A stretch of 64,000 bases of DNA from the IMG/VR virus record IMGVR_UViG_3300021256_000058, positions 117,823 through 181,822 of that record, one strand, 5' to 3'. The translations under genes and the position numbers were made by a program. Below the pieces are notes generated by a model. The model ran no database searches. It saw only the letters and a program-made list of their open reading frames with translations, and was not told the DNA's origin. The number at the start of each line of letters is the position of its first letter. Position 1 is the first letter of the stretch. This stretch comes from a virus (lineage: Duplodnaviria; Heunggongvirae; Uroviricota; Caudoviricetes). Below are positions 32,798 to 42,663 of the stretch, piece after piece.

Positions 32798-34033
32798 TTA
32801 AGCTCCCACCATGATGAGAGTCTTACTTGCACGAGTCGCCAATGTATAGAGATATTGAGTATATTCAATTTTATCTCTATTTCTAAGCCAGGGGGCATCA
32901 AATCCAAGGACTAGATCCCATTCACTACCTTGAGCTTTCCAAGTAGTAATCGCATAACCATAAGCAAAGTCATAAGGCGCAAGTGGTGGTATAGTAGTAC
33001 CTTTGTAATTCTTTAGGTATGTATTAATACGATAGATTGTCTTAGGATCAAGGCTCGGAGTGCCTGTCCGCAGTTGGTCATAATCTATTGGCACCTGTTC
33101 AAATATATCTCCATCTTCCATAGTTATTTCACTAACCAGAAGATCAACAGGATGAGCGCGCAGGTGCTCTGGATAATGTTCTGTATACTTTTTGAATTTT
33201 GTAAGCTTTCCAATAGCGCCATTTGTAAGGGCGGTCATTTGAGTGCTAAGAAAATCCCAATGATTATGCAGACCGATAACTTTATCACCAATCTCAGGAT
33301 CAGCCCCTCTACCAAGGTATCTGCGGGCTGCCTGATTCAGGCTATTGCGCTGGGCATTTGTAGAACAAAGCACCTGGTCTGCGCCAAGTAAACAACCGAT
33401 ATAATCTTCTTCATTCGCATATAGTTCTTTTGAGCTTTTTATAATGCGGACTTCTCCACTCACGTTTCCGAAATCTTTAAAATCTTTACCAGCTCGAATA
33501 TCCATGGACAGGCGAATGATAGCAGAATCCTGGGCCTGCCGCATAATTTCATCAAGAAAGATATGCGGATGGTCCAGGACTCCGTTGATTTGTGTCTTGT
33601 CTATAGGCGGCAACTGACCAGGATCTCCGCAAGCCAAGACATAAATTCTATGTCTAAGCAGCAATTCCCACATATCTTTTGGTAACATTGATACTTCATC
33701 TACTACAATTAATTTATAATTATCTTCCAGTGATACTTTTGGTCGAAATATATATCCGCCACTCGGCATCTGCTTTGCATAGTAGAGAAGTTTATGAGCT
33801 GTTGTTGCATTGGGACAGCCTTTTTGTTTTAAAACATTGGCTGCCTTCCCAGTATATGCCACATATGCGATTTCAGATTCGTGAAGATTAAGAGCCGCAA
33901 TAATAAACTTAATTAGAGTAGACTTTCCACTTCCAGCATAGCCAGAAATAACAGTATAAGGTTCGCCATTTTTAAAGCGCTCAACCGCAATTTTAAGTCC
34001 CTCTTCCTGTTTTCTTGTTAGTTCCATCTTCAT
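32798..34033 (-). CDS. SF1 DNA helicase (RecD/Dda-like)
   Basis: Walker A GYAGSGKST, Walker B VVDEVSML and the C-terminal motif TTWKAQGSEWD. It ends in TAA. Confidence 0.7.
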   Translation of the reverse strand: MKMELTRKQEEGLKIAVERFKNGEPYTVISGYAGSGKSTLIKFIIAALNLHESEIAYVAYTGKAANVLKQKGCPNATTAHKLLYYAKQMPSGGYIFRPKVSLEDNYKLIVVDEVSMLPKDMWELLLRHRIYVLACGDPGQLPPIDKTQINGVLDHPHIFLDEIMRQAQDSAIIRLSMDIRAGKDFKDFGNVSGEVRIIKSSKELYANEEDYIGCLLGADQVLCSTNAQRNSLNQAARRYLGRGADPEIGDKVIGLHNHWDFLSTQMTALTNGAIGKLTKFKKYTEHYPEHLRAHPVDLLVSEITMEDGDIFEQVPIDYDQLRTGTPSLDPKTIYRINTYLKNYKGTTIPPLAPYDFAYGYAITTWKAQGSEWDLVLGFDAPWLRNRDKIEYTQYLYTLATRASKTLIMVGA

Positions 34034-34062
34034 TCCTCATATTTCATTTTCTTATTTATTAT

Positions 34063-34091
34063 ATTATATCATATTATTTATTAAAAGTCAA
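34063..34091 (-). promoter_or_regulatory. sigma70-type promoter TTGACT-N17-TATAAT
   Basis: + strand attata 34063-68 and agtcaa 34086-91, with a 17-nt spacer. It lies upstream of the helicase start at 34033. Confidence 0.65.
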
Positions 34092-34372
34092 TATATTACA
34101 TATCGAGTGATTACTTCTTCATATACATTAACATTATATTTCTTTTTTAAGTATCCAGAGAATTCGTCTACAGTATAAGAGTTCCATAAATCACCTTCGA
34201 AGAAATCATGATTTTGCTGATCTGCGAAATCATTATATTCGTCCTCTAATTCTGCCATCATATCTTCTAAATCAGTATGTTTCTTTATATATGGCGTTAA
34301 ATCAATTTGATCCAATACTTCTTCTGTAATACGAATGTCATCTTCATAGCTATATTTTTGGTAATGTTTCAT
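34088..34372 (-). CDS. acidic hypothetical protein
   Basis: An intact 94-aa ORF ending in TGA. Confidence 0.45.
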   Translation of the reverse strand: MKHYQKYSYEDDIRITEEVLDQIDLTPYIKKHTDLEDMMAELEDEYNDFADQQNHDFFEGDLWNSYTVDEFSGYLKKKYNVNVYEEVITRYVIY

Positions 34373-34448
34373 AATTTACCTCAAAAAATACCCAAAGGAT
34401 TTTTAATTCTTGCGAACGATATGGACGCTCCTCGCCGGCCGGAGCAGT

Positions 34449-36128
34449 TCAAAAGTCCCACTTGACTCGATTGATGATTTCATAATCTTCCATTTTAATT
34501 TGGGCGGATACGCGGCCATTAAATTCATTTCTATCGCACTGTCCAACAACATTTAAAGTAATTACTCCTGCTTCTGGTTGCAGAAGAGCTTTTTCTTCAT
34601 CTTTAATATTAAATTTAATTAATTCAATATCATTTGGAAGAGTGATTTTAACAGTACGTTGATTAGCTCCCATAAATGCAATATCTCGACTGTTAACTTT
34701 TATATTCTCAATGGCTACATAGGGTTTTTCAACGCCTTTACCCCAAGTCATCTCGAAATTGGCAAGGTTAAAGACACTTTCGGGGCTGACCGCAGACGCC
34801 TGATAAATAAAGTCAACATCATAGCGTGGGACAAATTCGAAATTAGCAAGTTTTTGCTCTATCCGTTCATGCAAACTTTCAAAATTATCATCTTTAACTC
34901 CAAATCCGAAGGCATTATCATGGCCTTCAGCATATTCTGTTTCTGGCATATCCAAGAGAAATCCACGAAAATCTCTTAAATCAGATTTATCATATCCTCT
35001 GCCCGATCCTTCCCAACGTTTAACTCCTTCTTTGTCTTCTGTTGGCCGAAGGATTAACACAGGACGTTGATATTTTCCCATTACTTGATTGGCAACATAA
35101 CCAGAAAGGTTTTTATCTAATTTATCAGGATCTATTTTGATAATAATTACTTTATCTTTATCAAGATGTTGGCTGATAATAATACTTTCAACGTATTCCA
35201 TACCTTCATCTTTTCGATCTGTCTGACGCCGTTTAATATTAGTGCAAGTACGGGCCGCCTGCTCAACGCGGGTCTCAACTTGGCCCTTACATCCTCGTTT
35301 TGTTGATGGAATTAATTCATTAGCTCTGAATTCAAGCATGCTTTCAAACAAAAGTAGTTTTTCATCATCTGTGCCTACACGAGTAACTGCATTAATATAA
35401 GGGGCAATATAAAATGCAACATTTGTATAATTCAACCCTTGATTAAAATGCATTTTATCTCGATCAAGCATCATTTGAAATAGAGGACTTTTAATATTCT
35501 CAAGTCCTGTCACTATTAAATGATGCGTCTCAAAAGCTTTTGTATCCATCATATCTGCAATAAGACCGAGCGCAGTCAAATCGCGAAAATCATCGGCATA
35601 ATTTGTCCCCATAAGTCTATCAATATAAGAACAAAATTTAAACACCATACCAACTCCAGACAGACTTTTAGTCGGGTAGTTATCCAATTGATTATTAATT
35701 ACACAAGCATAAGGACTAACCATCTCAGCATTATGGTGATCTATTACTAGTACATCAATACCTTGTTCCTTCAAATCTTTATGTACTTCATAATCATTAG
35801 AACTTGAATCTGGGGCTATTACCATTCTTACATCATGAATGGTTGCTTCAATCAATCCATGCACTTTTTCATCATGCATACGATAATGTATATTATTTTG
35901 AACAAATGATGGAAATAGTCTGTTTAGATAGTTAATTAAAACTGCTGCAGACGTATAACCGTCACAATCACTATCCACTTGAACTAAAATATGGTCATTT
36001 GCTTTGATATGCTTGATTAGCATCTCTACGCCTTCGCGCATATTATTAGCCAGTAGTGGATCAAGAATATCATCTTCCGTAGTATTAATATAATGTTTCA
36101 TATCTTCTTTTTTAATACCACGGTTCAA
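34449..36128 (-). CDS. DHH/DHHA1 phosphoesterase (RecJ-like exonuclease)
   Basis: Contains VQVDSDCDGYTSAAVL and VLVIDHHNAE, the DHH motifs. It is 559 aa and ends in TGA. Confidence 0.65.
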   Translation of the reverse strand: MNRGIKKEDMKHYINTTEDDILDPLLANNMREGVEMLIKHIKANDHILVQVDSDCDGYTSAAVLINYLNRLFPSFVQNNIHYRMHDEKVHGLIEATIHDVRMVIAPDSSSNDYEVHKDLKEQGIDVLVIDHHNAEMVSPYACVINNQLDNYPTKSLSGVGMVFKFCSYIDRLMGTNYADDFRDLTALGLIADMMDTKAFETHHLIVTGLENIKSPLFQMMLDRDKMHFNQGLNYTNVAFYIAPYINAVTRVGTDDEKLLLFESMLEFRANELIPSTKRGCKGQVETRVEQAARTCTNIKRRQTDRKDEGMEYVESIIISQHLDKDKVIIIKIDPDKLDKNLSGYVANQVMGKYQRPVLILRPTEDKEGVKRWEGSGRGYDKSDLRDFRGFLLDMPETEYAEGHDNAFGFGVKDDNFESLHERIEQKLANFEFVPRYDVDFIYQASAVSPESVFNLANFEMTWGKGVEKPYVAIENIKVNSRDIAFMGANQRTVKITLPNDIELIKFNIKDEEKALLQPEAGVITLNVVGQCDRNEFNGRVSAQIKMEDYEIINRVKWDF

Positions 36129-36184
36129 TAGTACCTATTCTACTGGGCTAAGCCCTGGCACCATTGGTGCTATCAATTCATATC

Positions 36185-37285
36185 TCATAAAAATATCCTA
36201 TTTTTAAATAATGTTAAGAATGTTTCTTTGTCTTTATCTACTGGTGCATCTTTATATCCTGTTATCATTGTTTTATCAAATATGAATGATAACTGAACAT
36301 AATTTTTATATTTCATATTGAACCTTGAAAGATTTGCGGTTAAATGCTTAAACTCTGGATCTCCAATAGCTTGAAATTGACGATCAAAAGCAACTATAAT
36401 TTCTTTAGCTCCAGCGTCTAAGAGCATTTGTACTTGATATGCTGATAATGATGAGCCACAACAAGCAACTGAAATATCATTTTCTATACCAAAATAAGTT
36501 TGATATAGTAATGTAGATTTTTCACCTTCAAATACAATCGCTTTACCAATAGCTTTTATATTATCTTTACTATTGTTTAAATTATAAAGGTTCATACCAA
36601 GAGGATGTGAATAAAGAGTTCCACAAATTTTCATTGGTCGATATTTGCCGAATCGTTCTGCATCTTCTTTACAAAGAGTGCGGCCGCGCAGTCCAATGAA
36701 TCTTCCGTTCTCATCAAAATGAGGAATCGTGATCTGGAGCGACCCAGGGTAATAACCGATTCGCGCATGTTTCATTACATCTTCGGCAATACCATCTTTA
36801 ATCCAAGGTCCAATTTTTACATCATAATTAAATCTGCTTAAAATTATATCATCATATTCTTTCAATTGAATATGATAATCTTTTATTTCGATACCATTTA
36901 ATTTATCATATGCGGTAAGGAGTTTCCAATCCTCCAGTGAATCGCCATCATCGTAACTAAATGATGTCGCTATACCGAATCTAAAAGCGATAAACCGCAC
37001 AGCTTCATTTAAATCATACACTTTATGCTGTTGGATTCCCATGACCTTAATAGTCAATTCAAAAATATCAAAGATACTATCGCATCCGGTATAGCATTTA
37101 AACAGTCCACTATTCTCATAATAATAGAGCTTATGGCTGCCTTCTCCTGGGGGGTTATGGCAGATTGTGGCACTTATGATGCCAAAATCTGCATACTCTG
37201 GCTCTCCACCCCATTCTTGTAACAACTCAAAGATATTATCAGTTGTGAGACTGTTTCTTATCTCTGACTTGTCATATGGCATCAT
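36185..37285 (-). CDS. DnaG-like DNA primase
   Basis: CHC2 zinc finger ICHNPPGEGSHKLYYYENSGLFKCYTGCDSIFD followed by a TOPRIM-like core. It ends in TGA. Confidence 0.7.
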   Translation of the reverse strand: MMPYDKSEIRNSLTTDNIFELLQEWGGEPEYADFGIISATICHNPPGEGSHKLYYYENSGLFKCYTGCDSIFDIFELTIKVMGIQQHKVYDLNEAVRFIAFRFGIATSFSYDDGDSLEDWKLLTAYDKLNGIEIKDYHIQLKEYDDIILSRFNYDVKIGPWIKDGIAEDVMKHARIGYYPGSLQITIPHFDENGRFIGLRGRTLCKEDAERFGKYRPMKICGTLYSHPLGMNLYNLNNSKDNIKAIGKAIVFEGEKSTLLYQTYFGIENDISVACCGSSLSAYQVQMLLDAGAKEIIVAFDRQFQAIGDPEFKHLTANLSRFNMKYKNYVQLSFIFDKTMITGYKDAPVDKDKETFLTLFKNRIFL

Positions 37286-37494
37286 AGGTCAGTTAAAACC
37301 CTCACACACTTACCTTTAACCATACCGGTTTTATTAACATAATCACAAAGGAACTTCTGAGGCGGCATCTTTGCGTCCTCTCCCTTGCGGCTATCCAAAA
37401 GACGTTTTGCAAATAGCTTAGTCATTTTATATTCAACCGGGCCATAGAACGGCTTGCTCCATACATGTTCTGCATTAGTCTCTACAATTTTCAT
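37282..37494 (-). CDS. hypothetical protein
   Basis: An intact 70-aa ORF overlapping the primase start. Confidence 0.4.
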   Translation of the reverse strand: MKIVETNAEHVWSKPFYGPVEYKMTKLFAKRLLDSRKGEDAKMPPQKFLCDYVNKTGMVKGKCVRVLTDL

Positions 37495-37639
37495 AATTAA
37501 TCTCCTATATAATTACTTGTATCAATATCTACAACAATTTTATCGCAATATTTATCAAATTCTTCTTGAGTAGGTCTATCCATTATCCAACGATTTTGAA
37601 ATTGAATAAAATCCTCTTCACTCTAAAAGCCAGTTCCCA

Positions 37640-39172
37640 TTAAAAAATAGTCTCCTGTTCAGTGATAATTTTTGTATCATTCAACGGAATGATTTCATAA
37701 TCATAAGTTGTACAAAATATTGGATTTACGCGACAAGTGCCGAGGTCTGCTTTACACCATAAAACTATACCTTTATATCTACCTCTACGGTTTTTATAAA
37801 TTGAAAGTTTTAAATTTGGTGTAGGAAATTTATTTGTTGCTAAAATTACTTCAAGACTTTGTAGATCCTCTTCTTTTACATTCAGAAGAATTGAACCAAA
37901 GTCAATTTTATCTGCGATAGCTTTTGCGCCACGAAGAAGATTCTGGTCTGGTGTTTTTGCTTCTTGATAATCTCCATTCAACTGGGTCGCAGACATAATA
38001 AATATTCCATATTCATTACACAAATCTTTCAATCTAATTGATAACATAAACAGAACATTATCTTCTCTTAATTTAATACCACCACTACGTTTGGTAATTT
38101 CTTCAAGAATTTTGAGACTTGTATGAATATAATCATGAAATACATATTTTACATCATGATCTCGAACATTTTTCTTAATACGATCTTCAATATCCTGCAA
38201 AGAAAAATCTGGCAGCTCTTCAATATAAAGTGGCGAATTTTTTAAAATATTTGCAGCTTCACGCACTCGCTTCTCTTCATCGCCTTCATATCTGCCATCC
38301 AAAATATGATCTTCATTTACATTTGCAAGAAATGCAAGCATCATAGTTTGAATTTCTTCTTTTTCCTGTTCTGTTGTGATATATAATGTCGGCTCAGCTT
38401 GACCATTAGGAACCCAACAACCGAAATCTTCATTAAATAATTTATTACATCCAATAAAACAGGCGTCTGCCACCATGGTACGAGACTTACCGACACCAGT
38501 AGGCGCTGACCGCAAATAAAACTTCTTCAATCTTGCGCCCCTTGTAACTGTATTAATTAATGGCCCATAAAGTGGTACACCTACTTCTGGATGTTCCATT
38601 AAATTATCAATAAGTTCATCAATACCATCACCAGCTTGATATGCTTCTCCATATGAATCATCTACATATTTCATGCGGATTTCATCAATTTTACCATCTA
38701 CTCGATCAGCAATTTGTTCAAGACTAACATTATCAAGCCAATCTTCTTGTTCTTGTTTTTTCTTTACGTCCAAAATATTATCTGGATCATAAATATCAGA
38801 AACATCTACACCAAAACTATCATATGCGCGTAATAGTGTAAACTTTTTTAACCGATTATAATAATAATCAAATGTTGCAGAATCAGCATTTTCACTAACT
38901 TGAGTAAGCCATTCAGCTCCTTTTTGTTTAGTAAAAATAGCCTCGTTTTTGGGACGAGAAGCCAAATAATCAGTAATAGAATTTAATGTAATCTTCTGAG
39001 AACCAAGATTATAGAGCTTATAAATACACCCAAAAACAACTTTATGAAACTGATCTGGGAAATCTTCTTCATTAATTGTATATCTATCAGTATAATCCAA
39101 AAGTTGCGGTTGATTAAATACACAACCTATAACTTGCATTATTGCTGATGTATCAACGTATTTACTACTCAT
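37640..39172 (-). CDS. DnaB-like replicative helicase
   Basis: An N-terminal DnaB-N-like region is followed by the Walker A motif LRSAPTGVGKSR. It is 510 aa. Confidence 0.65.
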   Translation of the reverse strand: MSSKYVDTSAIMQVIGCVFNQPQLLDYTDRYTINEEDFPDQFHKVVFGCIYKLYNLGSQKITLNSITDYLASRPKNEAIFTKQKGAEWLTQVSENADSATFDYYYNRLKKFTLLRAYDSFGVDVSDIYDPDNILDVKKKQEQEDWLDNVSLEQIADRVDGKIDEIRMKYVDDSYGEAYQAGDGIDELIDNLMEHPEVGVPLYGPLINTVTRGARLKKFYLRSAPTGVGKSRTMVADACFIGCNKLFNEDFGCWVPNGQAEPTLYITTEQEKEEIQTMMLAFLANVNEDHILDGRYEGDEEKRVREAANILKNSPLYIEELPDFSLQDIEDRIKKNVRDHDVKYVFHDYIHTSLKILEEITKRSGGIKLREDNVLFMLSIRLKDLCNEYGIFIMSATQLNGDYQEAKTPDQNLLRGAKAIADKIDFGSILLNVKEEDLQSLEVILATNKFPTPNLKLSIYKNRRGRYKGIVLWCKADLGTCRVNPIFCTTYDYEIIPLNDTKIITEQETIF

Positions 39173-39833
39173 CTATTACCTCATCTTCGTCTAAAAACGA
39201 GAACAATTCTTTTCTTTTAATTTTTCTTTGCGGTAAAGGGATATGAATCTCCCTAACTTCTGGTACATACTCATTCATATCCTTATCTTTATTTTTATTA
39301 TTGGCCAGCCATATACTATAATAATAATTATAAGCTGCTTTATATACAAATGGAACGATACCAATGCCATCATTAGCCTTTTCAATTCCATGCTCTTGAA
39401 TTTCATAAAAATATTTCAGAGCTTTTAAGATTCCACTATATGTAAAATTATAATCATTCACATATTGATTAATTTGTTTCTTAATCCTTGGAGAAACATA
39501 ATCAATATGAAATAGATTCATAATATAATCATCTAATTTTTCCGCATCAGTTTTTTCTCTTCTTTTTTCTTGTTCGTAACAAACTGAATGAGCATATTTA
39601 CCATTAAAAAATTGATATGGAGTTTTAGATTTACTAAATTGCTTTTTACAATATACACATGTTACAATATCAAGTGGATCAACTATAGGAACTGTTGGCC
39701 ATTCTGGATGTGATACTCGTCCTCTAAGGTAACAATCCGCATGAGCATAACGTCTTGTTTTCAATTCTACATATGCTGTACGATCTCGATCAAAACGCTC
39801 GCCGCAGATTTGACAAGTAACTTGATGGGCCAA
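39165..39833 (-). CDS. zinc-ribbon protein, possible helicase loader
   Basis: Contains two C..C...H..CY ribbons. Its end overlaps the helicase start by 8 nt. Confidence 0.45.
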   Translation of the reverse strand: MAHQVTCQICGERFDRDRTAYVELKTRRYAHADCYLRGRVSHPEWPTVPIVDPLDIVTCVYCKKQFSKSKTPYQFFNGKYAHSVCYEQEKRREKTDAEKLDDYIMNLFHIDYVSPRIKKQINQYVNDYNFTYSGILKALKYFYEIQEHGIEKANDGIGIVPFVYKAAYNYYYSIWLANNKNKDKDMNEYVPEVREIHIPLPQRKIKRKELFSFLDEDEVIDE

Positions 39834-39856
39834 ATTATCATTCCTTTCTATATAAT

Positions 39857-39885
39857 ATTATACCATATTTTTAGAAAAAAATCAA
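39857..39885 (-). promoter_or_regulatory. sigma70-type promoter TTGATT-N17-TGgTATAAT (extended -10)
   Basis: + strand tattataccat ... aaaaaatcaa with an exact 17-nt spacer. Confidence 0.65.
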
Positions 39886-39926
39886 CCCAAGGTGGAATTC
39901 ACCCTGGGTTGAGTTTTAGTTCTATT

Positions 39927-40910
39927 TTAGTTCAGCAAATCGCTCTTCATTTCTGAAACAATCAGATAGAGGAACTCCGCCTGATCGCGAGTGGTCTCAC
40001 TGACTTTCTTTCCCTTACCCAAGTATTTATCAACAATTTGAGTAATACGCGGAGTATAAAATGCCTGGTCTTTTTCCATGAGCTGACCAACAATTGATTC
40101 AAACTCTTTAATTAGAGCATCATAATCATAATCTACTACTTCTGGTACAACTTCACGAGCATCTGTTACCAGAGCATTTCCACTATTCTTCGCTTCTGCA
40201 TCAATTGCATCATTCAATGCTTTGACCAAAGCCTCATACTCAAAGTCAATAACTGGGGCAATATATTTAAAACGGCACCCAGTATCTGCGCTGTTGTCGA
40301 GAGAACGAATTACAAGACGAACCTTGGCAACACCATTATCTTCATACTTTTCAGCAAAAGCATAAATGTCAGCCATATTCTTCGCAATATCATTATAAGT
40401 TGTTGGGCATGAAGGAACCTGCTGGTTATATTTAGAACCATCCTTGCGGGTGAATTCCTTATCTTTCACATGGGAAATAAACACAACAGCATATCCCAAC
40501 TGAGTGATAGCACGAAAACTCTCTTCAAATTCTTTCTTAACCTTAGTCCATCCACCACCGTAGGGGATGTCACTGAGTTTCTCAACTCCAGCCTGCGCAC
40601 AAACATATTTTTCACAGCACGCTGCTGCAATATCGACAGTATCAACAACAATTGACTTGAAAGTTGCTTTTACTTCATCCTTCTTAAGATCCCGAAGCAC
40701 CTGCTTCAATTCACCCCAAGAAGTTACATCCTGCGCGATAATACCGGGAATTGCATTATATCCTTTTTCAAACGCGAGAAGTAGACAAGATGGCATCTTA
40801 GTTGCTAAGGTTGTTTTTCCTGTTTTACCTTCACCATAAATATATGTAATATATCCACTTAAATCTCTACTTACTTTATGTGGCTGTAGTGCCAAAAGAT
40901 TAATTGCCAT
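39927..40910 (-). CDS. P-loop ATPase (AAA_24 / Sak4-like recombination ATPase candidate)
   Basis: Walker A motif YGEGKTGKTTLA in a 327-aa protein. Confidence 0.5.
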   Translation of the reverse strand: MAINLLALQPHKVSRDLSGYITYIYGEGKTGKTTLATKMPSCLLLAFEKGYNAIPGIIAQDVTSWGELKQVLRDLKKDEVKATFKSIVVDTVDIAAACCEKYVCAQAGVEKLSDIPYGGGWTKVKKEFEESFRAITQLGYAVVFISHVKDKEFTRKDGSKYNQQVPSCPTTYNDIAKNMADIYAFAEKYEDNGVAKVRLVIRSLDNSADTGCRFKYIAPVIDFEYEALVKALNDAIDAEAKNSGNALVTDAREVVPEVVDYDYDALIKEFESIVGQLMEKDQAFYTPRITQIVDKYLGKGKKVSETTRDQAEFLYLIVSEMKSDLLN

Positions 40911-40951
40911 ATTATTTAATTCCTTTCACAACTAATTTTTCCAAGACTGGA

Positions 40952-41902
40952 TTAGAAATTAAATCCAGTCTGGGCTGCCTTTGGTGCTGCGGCAGGAGTT
41001 GCTGCAGGAATCGCAGTATTGGAATTACGATACTCTTCCCAACGCTGCTTTACATCAGCCAGCATAACCTCACGTTCAGCAAGCTTTGCCTTAATTTCGG
41101 TCTTGGTAATTGTCTCAGTACTACCAAACTCATAAGGCTCCTTATTTGCGTTATATACAACAAAATCCTTATGAGAAGTAGGAACTTCTGTTACAATGGT
41201 CTCACCCCAAGCACTCTCAGTTTCGATGGTACGAGTACCAGTCTGAGAAATCTGAGTTACATAAACCTGAGTAAACACAGGCTCATTTACGCTTGCATCA
41301 AGACCTTCAAAATATGCCATAGCCTGTGGCTTCAACACGGACAATTCCATTGGGAGAATTGCTCCACGGAAGTCAAAAGCATAACACTTCAAAATCATTT
41401 TATCCTGAGTATTTCTCTCAGGGTCACCTTCAATCATCGCGGTTCCATAAATAACAACATCAAGACGAGTTGTATTTCTCTGGAGTTCATCATCCTTCAG
41501 AGTAGGAACAACGTGAACAAATCCACCTTCATTACGCTTTGCGGAAACGAGTTCCTCTTTACCACTACGATCAGAATAAAAATCATTCAGACCAATTGCA
41601 CTGTCCACGGATACCTTAACTGCATTCTCTGCGCCAGCACCCATAACAGTACCATAAGTACCATTAATAATGTTGCTCAAAGTTGCAAAACGAGTATCCT
41701 GCTTACCAGAACTGGTAAGTGCGGTAATATAGGTGAAATGAACGGAAACAATATTCAACATTGCGTCATCAGTTGCAATCTCGATTGAACCAGTAATAAA
41801 CTGAGTTCCAGGATTCTTGGAACGCTCTCCAGTCACCTTAACTTCGAGACTGTGATTATACAAAAGACCCTCAATGTGAGCTCTATTCATTGTTGCTTTC
41901 AT
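40952..41902 (-). CDS. hypothetical protein
   Basis: An intact 316-aa ORF with no recognisable motif. The antisense + ORF 40904..41788 is its shadow. Confidence 0.5.
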   Translation of the reverse strand: MKATMNRAHIEGLLYNHSLEVKVTGERSKNPGTQFITGSIEIATDDAMLNIVSVHFTYITALTSSGKQDTRFATLSNIINGTYGTVMGAGAENAVKVSVDSAIGLNDFYSDRSGKEELVSAKRNEGGFVHVVPTLKDDELQRNTTRLDVVIYGTAMIEGDPERNTQDKMILKCYAFDFRGAILPMELSVLKPQAMAYFEGLDASVNEPVFTQVYVTQISQTGTRTIETESAWGETIVTEVPTSHKDFVVYNANKEPYEFGSTETITKTEIKAKLAEREVMLADVKQRWEEYRNSNTAIPAATPAAAPKAAQTGFNF

Positions 41903-41904
41903 TA

Positions 41905-42279
41905 TTAATTATTATCTCCTTCAAAATCATCAATATTAAATGTCTTACCTTTTTCAGTTAATACATAAACGACAGGGTCTTGTCCCACTTTTTCACAGAA
42001 ACCATCTGTGGTCAATTTTCTGAGTGTACCAGACACTCCACGTGAAGTAATCCCCATTCCTTCTGCAACTTCCTTTGCCTTAAACATCGGAAGACTTGAA
42101 TTCTGAAGATACTTCAAAACTTTTGCGCCATTTTCCGTAAGAACTGGCTTATCGGACTTCTGACCGGACAGCATATCAATATATGACTGAACATTTTCAG
42201 TCATGAGATCATTTGCAACATCCGGCGCAGCTTCCATCAACGCATTTAGAAACTTCAAAAATTCTTCTTTCATTTTCAA
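41905..42279 (-). CDS. winged-helix-like DNA-binding protein
   Basis: 124 aa. The C-terminal TSRGVSGTLRKLTTDGF..VYVLTEKG reads as a wHTH. Confidence 0.4.
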   Translation of the reverse strand: MKMKEEFLKFLNALMEAAPDVANDLMTENVQSYIDMLSGQKSDKPVLTENGAKVLKYLQNSSLPMFKAKEVAEGMGITSRGVSGTLRKLTTDGFCEKVGQDPVVYVLTEKGKTFNIDDFEGDNN

Positions 42280-42310
42280 TCTCCGTTTACTATTTTCACC
42301 TTATATAAAT

Positions 42311-42339
42311 ATTATACCATATTTTATTAATAAAATCAA
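42311..42339 (-). promoter_or_regulatory. sigma70-type promoter TTGATT-N17-TGgTATAAT
   Basis: + strand attataccat 42311-20 and aatcaa 42334-39, with a 17-nt spacer. Confidence 0.65.
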
Positions 42340-42371
42340 CTAAATGCGATTTATATTTAATTTAGGATTTT

Positions 42372-42650
42372 TTATTCGAGGCTTGCGTTATAACCTGCGA
42401 TATTTGGGTTAATATATTTTAAGAACGCTTCAAGTTCATCAATATATATCTTCCTATCACCAAGAGCTTCAGGGGTAATAAGAGCATGATACCCGGCAAA
42501 TTCCATACCAGAAGTATCCATATTATAATCTTTTGCTTTCTGTTCCATTGCTCTTGGATTAGCACTTACTACTACACCATTATTGCGCTGAGCAAGATAT
42601 AGTAGCTGCTTGGACTTGCCGGTTCCACGGCTTCCAAGGATGTAATCCAT
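42372..42650 (-). CDS. small P-loop protein
   Basis: GSRGTGKSKQ Walker A motif in a 92-aa protein. Confidence 0.45.
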   Translation of the reverse strand: MDYILGSRGTGKSKQLLYLAQRNNGVVVSANPRAMEQKAKDYNMDTSGMEFAGYHALITPEALGDRKIYIDELEAFLKYINPNIAGYNASLE

Positions 42651-42663
42651 AATTTCTCCCTTA

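Noticed and set aside
40904-41788. The long + strand ORF of 294 aa, and the similar antisense ORFs 22386..22835, 24326..24859, 25960..26406 and 60353..60832.
   Set aside because: They lie fully antisense to well-supported - strand genes, have low-complexity composition (rich in Cys, Asn, Ile and Leu), and lack RBS or promoter context. They are shadow ORFs.
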